From an uncultured archaeon (GTDB lineage Archaea > Asgardarchaeota > Thorarchaeia > Thorarchaeales > CAZPUN01): 17,197 nucleotides of DNA. The stretch covers positions 1-17,197 of the forward strand of contig CAZPUN010000030.1 of NCBI GenBank assembly GCA_964589775.1, read 5' to 3'. A model generated the notes under the pieces. That model was not told the DNA's origin. It saw nothing but the letters and a program-made list of their open reading frames with translations, and ran no database searches. Position 1 is the stretch's first letter; the number at the start of each line of letters is the position of its first letter. Positions 16,915 through 17,197 of this stretch are shown piece by piece. Position numbers and translations under genes: made by a program.

Positions 16915-16939
16915 AAAAGGTAAAAATTTAGTTTTTATA

Positions 16940-17197
16940 TTACACTCTTTTTTTGTTTGGTGCCCCACAATTTGGGCAGAATATAGCTTCCGGTGGATAT
17001 AGTGTGCCACAGTATTTACATTCGACGAAATCTGGGGCTGGAGCGTACTTTGGAGCATCTTCTCCAAATATAACTTCACCTGTTTGCATATCGAAACGTG
17101 CCTTGACTTTACCATCTGTTTTTCCTTTGTAGATTTCGACTCTTGCGCTTTCGGGATCGGTTCCGAGTTCTTTAGCGACATCATCCAGAGATTTGCG
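16940..17197 (-). CDS. Partial gene (3' end): PCI-like winged helix plus C-terminal zinc ribbon
   Basis: Own translation, absent from the ORF track: RKSLDDVAKELGTDPESARVEIYKGKTDGKVKARFDMQTGEVIFGEDAPKYAPAPDFVECKYCGTLYPPEAIFCPNCGAPNKKRV*. Open to the window edge. Confidence 0.85.
   Translation of the reverse strand, partial: RKSLDDVAKELGTDPESARVEIYKGKTDGKVKARFDMQTGEVIFGEDAPKYAPAPDFVECKYCGTLYPPEAIFCPNCGAPNKKRV

Noticed and set aside
16786-17184. 132-aa minus-strand ORF from the track
   Set aside because: Alternative frame of the real PCI-Zn-ribbon gene, and it overlaps the GNAT 3' end antisense.

Overview
AT-rich archaeal DNA, most likely from an Asgard archaeon. Support for that placement: TTTATAAA TATA boxes, GGAGG/GGTGA Shine-Dalgarno sites, a divergent small GTPase with a longin-like partner, a PCI-zinc-ribbon protein and a tandem Lrp-like wHTH protein. 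The left third holds the most interesting locus, a minus-strand cassette of three genes: (i) a NurA-fold protein that has lost its catalytic aspartates and carries an N-terminal wHTH missed by the ORF track (CTG start at 5217), (ii) an intact HerA ATPase, and (iii) a 2TM-SAVED membrane effector. No CD-NTase, Cas10, Mre11 or Rad50 gene is present in the window. The cassette lies between an orphan gene with an (NDEV)9 tandem repeat and a frameshifted relic of that same gene about 5.07 kb away, which suggests an inserted candidate defence or signalling island. The rest of the window encodes a class II glutamine amidotransferase, a Cys-type formate dehydrogenase coupled to sulfhydrogenase beta/gamma (AsrA/AsrB)-like subunits with a divergent regulator, a DHH/DHHA1 phosphoesterase, the GTPase pair, a tandem GNAT, and a partial PCI-Zn-ribbon gene at the right edge. 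All family calls come from reading motifs by eye; no searches were run.
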